NCBI GenBank assembly: GCA_963737265.1
Contig: CAVTRY010000018.1
Span: 160,001-224,000 of the forward strand
DNA: 64,000 nt
Direction: 5' to 3'
Source: an uncultured delta proteobacterium
GTDB lineage: Bacteria > Myxococcota_A > Polyangia > Fen-1088
A program made the translations under genes and the position numbers. Numbering within the stretch: position 1 is the first letter of the stretch; each line of letters starts with the position of its first letter. Below the pieces are notes generated by a model. It did no database searches, was not told where the DNA came from, and was given only the letters and a program-made list of their open reading frames with translations. Positions 1 to 9,478 of this stretch are shown here, piece after piece.

Positions 1-38
1 AGGGGAAGAAGGCCGCATTCCCCAAGTAAGGAGATCAC

Positions 39-1637
39 ATGAATCGTGCATTTCGTTGCTTCTCAGGTTTCTTGGCAGGCGTCGCGTTCGTCGGCTGCGC
101 AGTCATTCTTGCTGTCGGATGCGCCAGCAACCCAAGCAGCGGCACGGGAAGCGGGGGCGCAACGGGAAGCGGCGGTAGCGTTGGGGCGGGCGGGAGCATC
201 GCCAGCGGTGGCGCGATTGGCAAAGGCGGCGCGCCTGGTAGCGGTGGCGCGCCTGGTAGCGGTGGCGCGCCTGGTAGCGGTGGCGCGATTGGAAGCGGCG
301 GCGCCACGGCCGGGAGCGCTGGCAGCGGCGGTGTGCCGGGAACTGGCGGTAGTGTCGGAACGGGTGGAAGCGTCGCCAGCGGCGGAGCCGCGGGAGTCAC
401 CGGCACGGGCGGGAACGTCGCCAGCGGCGGCGCCACCAGTAACGGCGGCGCCGCCACCGCCACCGGTGGGAGCACGAGCACGGATAATATGACCACGCTG
501 ATGCACTCCGGCATCAACCTCTCGGGCGCGGAGCGCGGATTCGGCTCCGAGATTGAGGAGAGCTGGGGAGCGGCCATCCCTGGCGTCGAAGGTTCGACCT
601 ACTTCTGGCCCAATCCGGACACGAATACAAACGTGGCGGCGGTCGACAAGACGCTTCTCCCTGGCGGGATGAATACGATTCGTTTGCCCTTCCAGTGGGA
701 GCGACTGCAGCCCGCTTTGAATGCCGACTTCGATCCGGGCTATCTGGCCAAGATGAAGGCGACGGCGGCGGCATTACGCTCGCGCGGCGCCAACGTGCTG
801 CTCGACGTTCACAACTACGCCTACTACAAGGTCGACGGGCGAGGCACGCCCGCGAAAGGGCAGCTCATCGGTTCATCCGAGGTTCCTGTCACCGCGTTCG
901 CCGATTTCTGGCGGCGCATGGCCGTGGAGTTCGGCTCGCAGAGCCAGTCGAGCCCCTACATCTTCGGCTTGATGAACGAGCCGCACGACATCAACACCAC
1001 GGTCTGGATAAGTGCGGCGCAGGCAGCGGTGAACGCCATCCGCACGCAGGGAGCGAAGAACCTGATTTTCGTGCCAGGCTCGAGCTGGACGACGGCGGCT
1101 GACTTCAGCTGGGACGACAACGCGACCCTGCTGCAGAACGTGACGGACCCGCTTAACAATTTCGCCGTCGAAGTGCACCAGTACTACGACGGCCCGTGCA
1201 CGACCACCGGCTACGTCGATCTGCTGGCGGTCTTCGAGAATTGGGCCCGCACCAACCATCGCGTCGCCTTCCTGGGCGAGATGGGCCTGTCAGTATCCGG
1301 CGGTGCGACCTGCCTGCAGGCGTTCGCCAATCTTGTGGACCATCTGCAGGCCACGGCGGCTGGAACGGCGAATGGGGTTTGGGTGGGCTACACCTTCTGG
1401 CTAATCGACTCATCGTCGACCACGTCGGGCGCCGATTTCGTCAGCGGTGGTGGTTGGTCTACCATCCAACCCCGCCTGCCATCGACTTGCGCGAGCGGCG
1501 CGAAAGACGGTAACGAAACCGACGTCGATTGCGGGGGCACTTGCCGGCGCTGCGGCGATGCTAAATCGTGCACGAAGGACTACGACTGCCAAAGCGGATT
1601 CTGCGTCGGCAACAAGTGTGGCACAACCGCGCCGTAG
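39..1637 (+). CDS. GH5 family glycoside hydrolase (cellulase-like) lipoprotein with Gly-rich linker and C-terminal Cys-rich module
   Basis: SD AAGGAG. Lipobox LAVG-C, then ~120 aa G/S/T/A linker. GH5 motifs GINLSGAE, RLPFQWERLQP, LLDVHNY, GLMNEP, EVHQY, FLGEMG. C-terminal CxxGxKDGNETDVDCGGxC motif. Confidence 0.9.
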   Translation: MNRAFRCFSGFLAGVAFVGCAVILAVGCASNPSSGTGSGGATGSGGSVGAGGSIASGGAIGKGGAPGSGGAPGSGGAPGSGGAIGSGGATAGSAGSGGVPGTGGSVGTGGSVASGGAAGVTGTGGNVASGGATSNGGAATATGGSTSTDNMTTLMHSGINLSGAERGFGSEIEESWGAAIPGVEGSTYFWPNPDTNTNVAAVDKTLLPGGMNTIRLPFQWERLQPALNADFDPGYLAKMKATAAALRSRGANVLLDVHNYAYYKVDGRGTPAKGQLIGSSEVPVTAFADFWRRMAVEFGSQSQSSPYIFGLMNEPHDINTTVWISAAQAAVNAIRTQGAKNLIFVPGSSWTTAADFSWDDNATLLQNVTDPLNNFAVEVHQYYDGPCTTTGYVDLLAVFENWARTNHRVAFLGEMGLSVSGGATCLQAFANLVDHLQATAAGTANGVWVGYTFWLIDSSSTTSGADFVSGGGWSTIQPRLPSTCASGAKDGNETDVDCGGTCRRCGDAKSCTKDYDCQSGFCVGNKCGTTAP

Positions 1638-1664
1638 CTGTCCTTCCAGCGCCTGCGCGCCTCA

Positions 1665-1692
1665 ATAGAAGCTTTGGGCGATTCGCCGACAT
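1665..1692 (+). promoter_or_regulatory. Conserved bipartite upstream motif, copy 1 (ATAGAAGCT-N15-ACAT)
   Basis: GAAGCT 1668-1673 and ACAT 1689-1692. Same spacing in three other copies. Confidence 0.6.
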
Positions 1693-1753
1693 GTGTGCGT
1701 GGATGGTGTGTGTCCACGCTCGCCATCCATGGCTCCCAACTAGCGAGGTTTCC

Positions 1754-3040
1754 ATGCCCAGTCCATTCCGCGGTCGCTCGATATTCTTACCCGGTGCTGC
1801 GTTGGTCGTGTCTGCACTTCTTGCGCCAAGCTGCACATCGAGCACCGGCGGCCCCGCCAGTAGCTCTGGTGGCGCCACCGGCTCTGGCGGCGTGACTGGG
1901 CGCGGTGGGACAACTGGAAGCGGTGGTGCTGTGGGAATTGTCACAGGCGGCGCAAGCGGAGCGGTAGGCACGGGCGGCGCCGTACGCTCGGGTGGGGCAG
2001 TCGGCACGGGTGGCGCCGCCTCAGGCGGGGCCATAGGCACGGGTGGGGCGGTGGTAGGCACGGGCGGCGCCGGATCTGGCGGGGCGGTGGGCACGGGCGG
2101 CGCCGGATTTGGCGGGGCCGTAGGCACGGGCGGTGCAGTAGGCACTGGTGGCGCCGGATCTGGCGGGGCGGTGGCCGTAGGCACGGGCGGTGCTGGGGGC
2201 GCTCCTGACCCAGCCCTCGAAACGATTGTGGTGCCAGGAGGCACAGGAGTCGGAGTCTCCAACGCCTCGCTCGACAATGGCGAGCTCTTCTTGCTGCGAG
2301 CCAGCGGCACCGTCGATTTCGGCGGGACGACGATAGACGCGGAGTTCGGCGGCTTTGCCACCGGCAAGGACGGCACGGATTCCGTCGGGAACGTCGACGT
2401 AGGCGTTGATTTCGGGCTCCAGACCGTTCGCACGGCAGTGAACCCCCCTGCTGTCCCACGCATGAAGTGGTTCGGCGCCTATCGCAGCGACCACGTCTAC
2501 TACATCATCGTGAACGGAGTAGGCAAACCGCTTTCCCTCAAGCTGCTCCAGCCTTCGGCTACGGCCGGGACGGGCAGCATCACAGTTTCGCTCTATCGGC
2601 TTTCACCCACGTTTCAGACTGTTGGAAAGTTGGTCGACACGGTTATGGCCCCGGTGACCCAGACGTCGGTCAAGAGCGCCGTCGCAACGATCCAAAACAC
2701 GGTCTATCTTCTACAATGCAACGGCCAAGCAACAGTCGGGGGCAATGGGCTAGGAATGGGCGATGCCGATTGGATGGACTACGACGTCAATGGGGGAGGG
2801 AAGGTCGACATCGGCGATGCCAACACCGACTACGGACTTGGAGTGGACGAGCCTTTCGTGGGTAACCCGAACAGTAATTCTCCGCGCAAGCGCTGGTGGG
2901 GCCAGTGGCGTAAGGATCACATTTACTACATGCTCTTCGCCGGGACGGGCAATACCATCGAATTTGACTACTACGACGTGGGCTACGGCGACAACTCGGC
3001 CACGGTGAAGTTAGCCGTGGGAGTTAGAGAGCTGCACTAA
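1754..3040 (+). CDS. Lipoprotein with Gly-rich linker and two tandem beta-rich domains (LecA/PA-IL-like by inspection), paralogue 1
   Basis: SD GAGGT before ATG 1754. Lipobox LAPS-C, TGGAVG repeats. Internal repeat KWFGAYRSDHVYY / RWWGQWRKDHIYY and C-terminal YDVGYGDNS motif. Confidence 0.75.
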   Translation: MPSPFRGRSIFLPGAALVVSALLAPSCTSSTGGPASSSGGATGSGGVTGRGGTTGSGGAVGIVTGGASGAVGTGGAVRSGGAVGTGGAASGGAIGTGGAVVGTGGAGSGGAVGTGGAGFGGAVGTGGAVGTGGAGSGGAVAVGTGGAGGAPDPALETIVVPGGTGVGVSNASLDNGELFLLRASGTVDFGGTTIDAEFGGFATGKDGTDSVGNVDVGVDFGLQTVRTAVNPPAVPRMKWFGAYRSDHVYYIIVNGVGKPLSLKLLQPSATAGTGSITVSLYRLSPTFQTVGKLVDTVMAPVTQTSVKSAVATIQNTVYLLQCNGQATVGGNGLGMGDADWMDYDVNGGGKVDIGDANTDYGLGVDEPFVGNPNSNSPRKRWWGQWRKDHIYYMLFAGTGNTIEFDYYDVGYGDNSATVKLAVGVRELH

Positions 3041-3069
3041 CAGCCAGCGCGTCCCAAGCGCGGGGTCAG

Positions 3070-3200
3070 CCGGCGGTACCACCTGCTTTGCAGGCCTTAG
3101 CCAATCTCCCGGACCATTTGCAGGTCACGGTTTCTGCGTCGGCAATAAACGCGGCATGATCGACCCGCGGCTGCCACTTTCTACGCCTGAGCAGCCCCGA
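3070..3200 (+). pseudogene. Decayed, internally deleted copy of the 3' end of the GH5 gene (duplication scar)
   Basis: 3070-3130 aligns to 1297-1356 and 3131-3200 aligns to about 1598-1665. Confidence 0.8.
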
Positions 3201-3227
3201 TAGAAGCTTTGGGCGATTCGCCTACAT
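3200..3227 (+). promoter_or_regulatory. Conserved bipartite upstream motif, copy 2
   Basis: GAAGCT 3203-3208, N15, ACAT 3224-3227. Confidence 0.6.
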
Positions 3228-3291
3228 CTTTTTATGGATGGAGTATGTTCGAGCTGCCGTTCATTGCCCCCCAAACCAGCGAGGTGTTCCC

Positions 3292-4650
3292 ATGACGAGT
3301 CCATTCTGCGGTCGCTCGATCTTCCTGTCCGTCGCGGCGTTGTTCCTGTCCGCATTTTTTGCGTCCAGCTGCACATCGGGCGCCGGCAGCAGCCCCGGCA
3401 GTAGCTCTGGTGGCGCCACCAGCTCTGGCGGCATCGCCCGGAGCGGCGGGACAACTGCGAGCGGCGGTGCCGGCGGAATTGCCACAGCTGGCGCAGGCGT
3501 CGTCGCAGGCACGGGCGGAGCCGTGGGCACGGGCGGAGCCGTTGTCACGGGCGGAGCCGTTGTCACGGGCGGAGCCGTCGTAAGCGCGGGGGGCGCCGCA
3601 GGAGGCACGGGCGGCGCCGCAAGCACAGGCGGAGCTATGGGCACGGGCGGCGGCACAAGCACAGGCGGAGCTATGGGCACGGGCGGCGGCACAAGCACAG
3701 GCGGGGCGGTGGGCACGGGCGGCGGCACAAGCACAGGCGGAGCGGTAGGCACGGGCGGGGGCGGGGGCGCGAACGACGCGGGGACTGGCGGCGCGGCAGG
3801 AGGCGGGGGCGCTCCTGACCCGGCCCTCGAAACGATTGTGGTGCCAGGAGGCACAGGAGTCGGCGTCTCCAACACCTCGCTCGACAATGGCGAGCTATTC
3901 TTGCTGCGAGCGAGCGGCACCGTCGATTTCGGCGGGACGACGATAGACGCGGAGTTCGGCGGCTTTGCCACCGGCAAGGACGGCACGGATTCCGTCGGGA
4001 ACGTCGACGTAGGCGTTGATTTCGGGCTCCAGACCGTTCGCACGGCAGTGAACCCCCCTGCCGTCCCACGCATGAAGTGGTTCGGCGCCTATCGCAGCGA
4101 CCACGTCTACTACATCATCGTGAACGGAGCAGGCAAACCGCTTTCCCTCAAGCTGCTCCAGCCTTCGGCTGCGGCCGGGACGGGCAGCATCACGGTTTCG
4201 CTCTATCGGCTTTCACCCACATTCCAGACTGTCGGAAAGTTGGTTGACACGGTGTCCGTGCCCGTAGTCAAGGTCTCGGTAAAGAGCACCGTCGCGACGA
4301 GCGCGGGTACGACCTATCTTCTGCAGTCGGCTGGCCAGGCGCCGTGCGGGAGTGGAGGGACGGGTAACGGCGATTCTGACTACATGGACTATGCCGCTGA
4401 CGGAACAGGACAGGTCGACATCGGGGACGCCAACACCGACTACGGAACCGGAGTAGACGAGCCCTTCGTGGGTAACGCGAACAGCAACACTCCGCGCAAG
4501 CGATGGTGGGGCCTGTGGCGGAAGGACCACATCTATTATATGCTCTACGCTGGGACAGGCAGTCAAATCGAGTTTGACTATTACGATTCAAACTACGGCG
4601 ACAACTCAACAACGGTCAAATTGACCGTGGGGGTTAGAGAGCTGCATTGA
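3292..4650 (+). CDS. Lipoprotein with Gly-rich linker and two tandem LecA-like domains, paralogue 2
   Basis: Homologous to 1754-3040 along its length. SD GAGGT, lipobox FASS-C, 36-bp linker repeats (TGGGTSTGGAMG). Confidence 0.75.
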   Translation: MTSPFCGRSIFLSVAALFLSAFFASSCTSGAGSSPGSSSGGATSSGGIARSGGTTASGGAGGIATAGAGVVAGTGGAVGTGGAVVTGGAVVTGGAVVSAGGAAGGTGGAASTGGAMGTGGGTSTGGAMGTGGGTSTGGAVGTGGGTSTGGAVGTGGGGGANDAGTGGAAGGGGAPDPALETIVVPGGTGVGVSNTSLDNGELFLLRASGTVDFGGTTIDAEFGGFATGKDGTDSVGNVDVGVDFGLQTVRTAVNPPAVPRMKWFGAYRSDHVYYIIVNGAGKPLSLKLLQPSAAAGTGSITVSLYRLSPTFQTVGKLVDTVSVPVVKVSVKSTVATSAGTTYLLQSAGQAPCGSGGTGNGDSDYMDYAADGTGQVDIGDANTDYGTGVDEPFVGNANSNTPRKRWWGLWRKDHIYYMLYAGTGSQIEFDYYDSNYGDNSTTVKLTVGVRELH

Positions 4651-4699
4651 CAGCCGAGGAGGTGGCAAGTGCGGGTCAGCTGACTCTACGTCTGTCTGG

Positions 4700-4830
4700 C
4701 GAGCGGTGTACCGGCGTGTGCCACCCAGGAGACAGGCAGTGTAGCAAGCAGGGTTGGCGTGCTCCAGACCTTGCAATACCAGCAGACAATGGCAGAGCCA
4801 ACCAGCCACTTGTTTGTCAGGGCACGTTTG
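4700..4830 (+). pseudogene. Frameshifted fragment of a myxobacterial Cys-rich repeat protein
   Basis: Reads CTGVCHPGDRQCS, then across frame changes VLQT-CNTSRQWQS..C, resembling CxPGxxQC..QTC..GQW repeats. Confidence 0.4.
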
Positions 4831-4902
4831 CTCAGCCCCTCTGACTCCTCGGTGGCAGGTCCCCAGGAGAAGACTCGACGTGCTCAACCCGCGCGCCAAT
4901 CG

Positions 4903-4930
4903 ATAGAAGCTCCTGGCGGCGGCCTCACGT
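4903..4930 (+). promoter_or_regulatory. Conserved bipartite upstream motif, copy 3 (probable leaderless transcript)
   Basis: GAAGCT 4906-4911, N15, ACGT 4927-4930. ATG follows after 8 nt and there is no SD. Confidence 0.55.
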
Positions 4931-4938
4931 TGTTCTGA

Positions 4939-6975
4939 ATGAGAATCACCCTTTTCGCAGTTGTCGTTCTCGGTCTTGCGGCAGCCGACGCCTCGTGCTC
5001 GAGCAATCCCGGCAGGTCCAGCGGGTCGGGCGGTGGAGGGGTCGGCGGAGCGACGAGCCGTGGCGGAGGCCAGGGCGCGGGCGGTGCAACCTCGGGGACC
5101 GGCGGGGCGACCAGAACAGGCGGAGCGACGGGCACCGGCGGAGCGACGGGCACCGGCGGAGCGACGGGCGCAGGTGGAGCCACGGGCGCAGGCGGGGGCA
5201 CGGGCGCAGGCGGGACAGGCGGGGCCACGGCTTCTGGAGGTGTGCCGACAGGCGGATCGGGCGGCAGCGCGGGCTCTTCCGGATCCGGGGCTGGTGGCGG
5301 CGGCTCGGGCAATGCTGGTGGCACTCGCGGGTCGGGTGGTAGCGCGGGCTCTTCCAGCGCGTCGGGAAGTGTCGACGGCGGTGTGGCTGGAAATGCCGCT
5401 GGCACTGGGGGAGCCACCGGAGCCGGTGGAACCAGCGGCCCCTGGCAATACACGAACCCCATCATCCGGGGCGACTGGAGCGATCCCGGCTTGGTGCGAG
5501 TAGGCGAGGACTACTACTCCGTTCGCTCGACCTTCGGTTGGCAGCCCGGATTGGCCGTGGCGCATTCCAAGGATCTCGTCCACTGGGAATACATCGGCAA
5601 CGGCTTCTTGTCCATGCCATCCATTGCAACGGGCGAGGTTTCCAACGGAATCTGGGGGTCGAAGATCGTCTACAACACCAACACCAACATGTTCATGATC
5701 TACGCCACATACAACGGCATATCGGTCTTCGAGTCCGCCAAGCCCGAAGGGCCGTATGCCGCCGTCGGCACGCTCAACGCGCCCGGTTACGATCCAGGCG
5801 TATTCATTGATGACGACGGAACTCCTTATCTGGTCACAAGCTCGGGCAATATCGTCCAGCTCAGCAAGGACGGAAAATCGGTCGTCAATCCGAAAGTCTC
5901 TTCCTACACTGGTTGGAACGAGGGACCGAACCTATTTAAGCGCGCGCCCTATTACTATGTGGACTGGTCCAGCGGCGGAACGCAGGTAGGGGCGAACGGA
6001 ACTATCGTTTCGGCACGTTCGAAGAGCCTCGCCGGTCCGTGGGAGCAAGATCCCACCAATCCCGTTCTGCAAAATCTGAACAACGGCACCGATCCCGCAC
6101 ATCCCTTCGAATGTCCCCAGCATTCGCACCCCATCCAGACGCAAAACGGCGAATGGTGGGTCACGTTTCATACCTGGGAATACCACTACGGCACCTTGGC
6201 CCGGACCATGTGCCTCGAACCCGTCATCTGGACCAGCGATGGGTGGTGGCGACCCAAGAACGGCCAGAAGCCCAGCCTTGGGAACACAGGACCCAATCTG
6301 CCCTACACGCCCTACGCCATCCAGCGCAGCGATGATTTTGCGTCGACGACCCTCGGGCCGCAGTGGTTCTTCCACACCACGCCCGATTGGTCGGGAAAGA
6401 GCTGGTCGCTTTCCGACCACCCGGGTTTCTTGCGACTCAAGACCCAAAGTGGTGACGTCAACGGTTCCGCTGCTTACAACAGCATGGTCCTGCAGCGCAT
6501 CGACCTCAAGACCTTCGATGCGGAGACGGTCGTGTCCTTCGACGCCGAGAGCGGCGCGGAAGCAGCCGGGCTCATACTGCACTCCACGATGGCCTTCAAC
6601 GTCATGTTCTCGATGACCCGCACCAGCGTCGGCAAGGCCATCGAGCTGGCGTATTTCACCAGCGGAACGAGTCGGACGGACGGTTCCAAGGCGACTCGCA
6701 AGTCGGCAGCCGTCGTCCCCTTCACCGGCACCTCCGTCCATCTCAAGGTCAGTTTCGACGGCAAGGAAAACGCCACCTTCTCCTTCAGTTCCGACGGTGT
6801 CACGTGGCAGGCGGTGGGCAACCCGATTGCCGTGGGTCTCAACGGCGAAGCGGATCTCAGTTGGCGCCTCAACGCCTGGACCGGAGCCACGATTGGCCTT
6901 TTCGCCGTCAAGAACGGCGCGACGGCCGACAACTACGCGGACTTTGACTCGTTTGCCGTGACAGAGAAGAATTAG
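4939..6975 (+). CDS. GH43 family glycoside hydrolase (beta-xylosidase/arabinofuranosidase-like) with Gly-rich linker and C-terminal beta-sandwich
   Basis: YTNPIIRGDWSDPGLVRVGEDYY, HSKDLVHWEY, YDPGVFIDDDG, EGPNLFKR, RSDDF...LGPQWFF, WTGATIGLFA. Confidence 0.92.
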   Translation: MRITLFAVVVLGLAAADASCSSNPGRSSGSGGGGVGGATSRGGGQGAGGATSGTGGATRTGGATGTGGATGTGGATGAGGATGAGGGTGAGGTGGATASGGVPTGGSGGSAGSSGSGAGGGGSGNAGGTRGSGGSAGSSSASGSVDGGVAGNAAGTGGATGAGGTSGPWQYTNPIIRGDWSDPGLVRVGEDYYSVRSTFGWQPGLAVAHSKDLVHWEYIGNGFLSMPSIATGEVSNGIWGSKIVYNTNTNMFMIYATYNGISVFESAKPEGPYAAVGTLNAPGYDPGVFIDDDGTPYLVTSSGNIVQLSKDGKSVVNPKVSSYTGWNEGPNLFKRAPYYYVDWSSGGTQVGANGTIVSARSKSLAGPWEQDPTNPVLQNLNNGTDPAHPFECPQHSHPIQTQNGEWWVTFHTWEYHYGTLARTMCLEPVIWTSDGWWRPKNGQKPSLGNTGPNLPYTPYAIQRSDDFASTTLGPQWFFHTTPDWSGKSWSLSDHPGFLRLKTQSGDVNGSAAYNSMVLQRIDLKTFDAETVVSFDAESGAEAAGLILHSTMAFNVMFSMTRTSVGKAIELAYFTSGTSRTDGSKATRKSAAVVPFTGTSVHLKVSFDGKENATFSFSSDGVTWQAVGNPIAVGLNGEADLSWRLNAWTGATIGLFAVKNGATADNYADFDSFAVTEKN

Positions 6976-7119
6976 TCACCACGGCCTCGGCCTTATGCGC
7001 CACTGGCCGCGCGCGAAGACGCCTGCGCCGTGCGGAAGTCGCGCGAAAAAGAAGGCAAAGCCTATCCGATTTCGACCACCCACTAGATGTGTAGCGAGAA
7101 AATCGAGGAACAGGAAACT

Positions 7120-9429
7120 ATGCGCGTATTTAGTGCCTTCGCACGAAAGACACACGACAACAAAGCATCGCTGGCGACGATTCTACTAGGGTCGGCCGCC
7201 CTGCTGTTCGGTTGCAGATCATCGTCGGGAACGGCCGTTTCGAGCGACGCTGGAATCGGGGGCGGGGCGGGCGCCGGCGGCGCTGTGGCGGGCGCCGGTG
7301 CCGGAGGCTCACCGAGCGCGGGCAGTGGTGGCAGCATCGTCGGCGGCTACGGCGGCAACGCCGTCGGCGGCGGGGGCAGTGGCGGCAGCACCATCATCGG
7401 CGACGGTGGCGGCACCACAAGTCTGGCCGGCGGGAGCACCGTCAACGGCAATGGCGGCGCCACGGCTTCAGGCGGTGGCGCATCGGCCGGCGGCGGCACC
7501 ACGAGCAGCGGCGGCGTGCCATCAGCAGGTGGCAGCGCCGTTGTTTCGGGCAAAGCCACTTGGTTGCTCACGGATCCGAGTCAGCAGAGCGGCCTGCCAG
7601 GCGATTATGGAGGTACCGGTGGCTCGCCCGCGAGTAACTGCCCGCTTGCCGTGAATCCGGCGGCCACCAACCTTCCGGGCGCGGTCACGCCGGGGGGGCC
7701 GCCGTCACGGCGAGCGACAACGGCGGCACCGTGACCCTGTCGAACGGGATCGTGACCTTGGTGATCACCAAGGCCAGCGGAGAAGTCGACGCCATCACCT
7801 GGAACGGGATCGACATGCTCCAGGGCGGCACTGAGGGCGGAAAGCTGTACTGGGAGCTGCAAAACGGCAACGGTACCTACACGCTGACCGCCGATCCCAA
7901 GACCAACGGCGGGGACTATGCGGAGGTGCGCCTGCACACGACGGGCGCAAGCTTGGATGTGGATATCGACTATGCGCTTCTTCGCGGCGGCAACGGGTTC
8001 TATGCCACCGGCATCCTCTCGCACCCCGCCGCCTATCCAACGCTTAACGGAGGCGAATGGCGCTCGAACATCTATATCGGGACCAACTTCGACTGGCTCA
8101 GCGTCGATGCCTTGCGCAACAGACCGATGGTGTCCATCGCCGAGTGGGGCGCGGCCATCGCAGTCGCGGGAGCGCCGAAGGAGGTCGAGCAATTGACCTC
8201 GGGTCCCTTCAAGGGAAAATACGAGTGCAAGTACAGCTACAGCGCGGACTTCGGTCAGGAAGATGCCTGGGGATTCAGTTCGACCACGCAGAATATCGGA
8301 TTCTGGGTGACCAAGCCGAGCGGTGAATACTACAACGGCGGACCCAAGAAGCGGGAGCTCACGTCCCAAGCTGGCAATGCGCTGTTGAACATGCTGGGTG
8401 GCGCGCATTACTTGCAGAACGAATCGGTCGAAACTATCGCCGCGGGCACCGACCTAACCAAGATCTACGGGCCGTTCTTCTATTACTTCAATAGGGTAAA
8501 AGCGGGAACCGCATGCGCCCCGACCACACTGTTCGCCGATGCAATTGCCCAGGCGAAGGCCGAGCAGTCGGCGTGGCCGTATACCTGGTTCAAGAACACC
8601 GCCGTGGGAAACTACGCGCAGGAGAGCGGACGCGGCACTGTGACTGGTACCTTCGCCATCACCGATCCGGGTGCGCCCAGCGCATCGCCCGCCGGAATGT
8701 GGATAGGCCTTGCGCCCGACACCGGCGATTTCCAAGGACAGTTCTTCACCTACCAGTTCTGGGTGCGCACCGGAGCCGGCGGAGCGTTCAGGATTCCCCA
8801 CGTGTTGCCCGGCACCTATGCCCTCTACGCGTTCGGGCCTGGTGGCGCCGGCACCTTCAAGCAGACCAACGTCACGGTCACGGCGGGGCAGGCTCTGAAT
8901 CTGGGGACGGTATCGTGGACGCCGCCGCGGACAGCGGCCACGGTATGGGAGATCGGTATTCCCGACCGCGACTCGCATGAGTTCCTCAAACGGCGCATTC
9001 AACTACAGCCAATGGCAGACCGCGGAAATCGACTTCCCGACCCAGTTCGGCAAAGGCGCCACCTACACCGTGGGCACGGACGACTATTCCAAGGTCTGGG
9101 ACAACGAACTGCTTGGGGTTGGCACCTGGACGGTGAACTTCACCATGGCCGCCGCCCCGACCGGAGCCCAGGGGCGTTTTTATCTGGCCTTGGCTTCGAG
9201 CGACGGGACCAATCTGAAGGTGAGCATTAACGGGACGCCCATTGGGACCATTGCGCCCGGAAACACGTCCGACGCGGTGGTGCGCCTGGGCAGCCACGGC
9301 GCGTTCTGGGACAGGTCGCTCACGTTTAGCGCCAGCGTACTGAAAGCCGGCGCCAATACTCTCACCATCGACCAGACCAACGCCGGAGCCACGCTGGAAT
9401 GGGACTACCTGCGCCTGGAGGCTAACTGA
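7120..9429 (+). CDS. PL4 rhamnogalacturonan lyase lipoprotein, split into three ORFs by two 1-bp frameshifts
   Basis: Lipobox LFG-C and Gly linker. VTLSNGIV, GKYECKYSYS, EYYNGGPKKREL, YQFWVRT...F.IPHVLPGTYALYA, WEIGIPDR, terminal WDYLRLE. Shifts at the G7 run (~7692-7698) and the AAA run (~8988-8990). Confidence 0.85.
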
Positions 9430-9478
9430 CCGATCCGTTGTGGATCCCTCGGTTCGAGATGGGAAGCGCCGGATTCGA

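Noticed and set aside
200-300. Short tandem repeats (18 bp here; 36 bp at about 3620-3760) as a CRISPR array
   Set aside because: They are in-frame coding repeats without unique spacers, and there are no cas genes.
3805-4253. Near-identical repeat pair as a diversity-generating retroelement TR/VR
   Set aside because: Differences are not adenine-specific, both copies are coding, and no reverse transcriptase is present in the window.
7050-7085. Fifth copy of the GAAGCT-N15-ACRT motif before the PL4 gene
   Set aside because: Only a weak match (AAAGCC-N15-ACCC), not enough to count.
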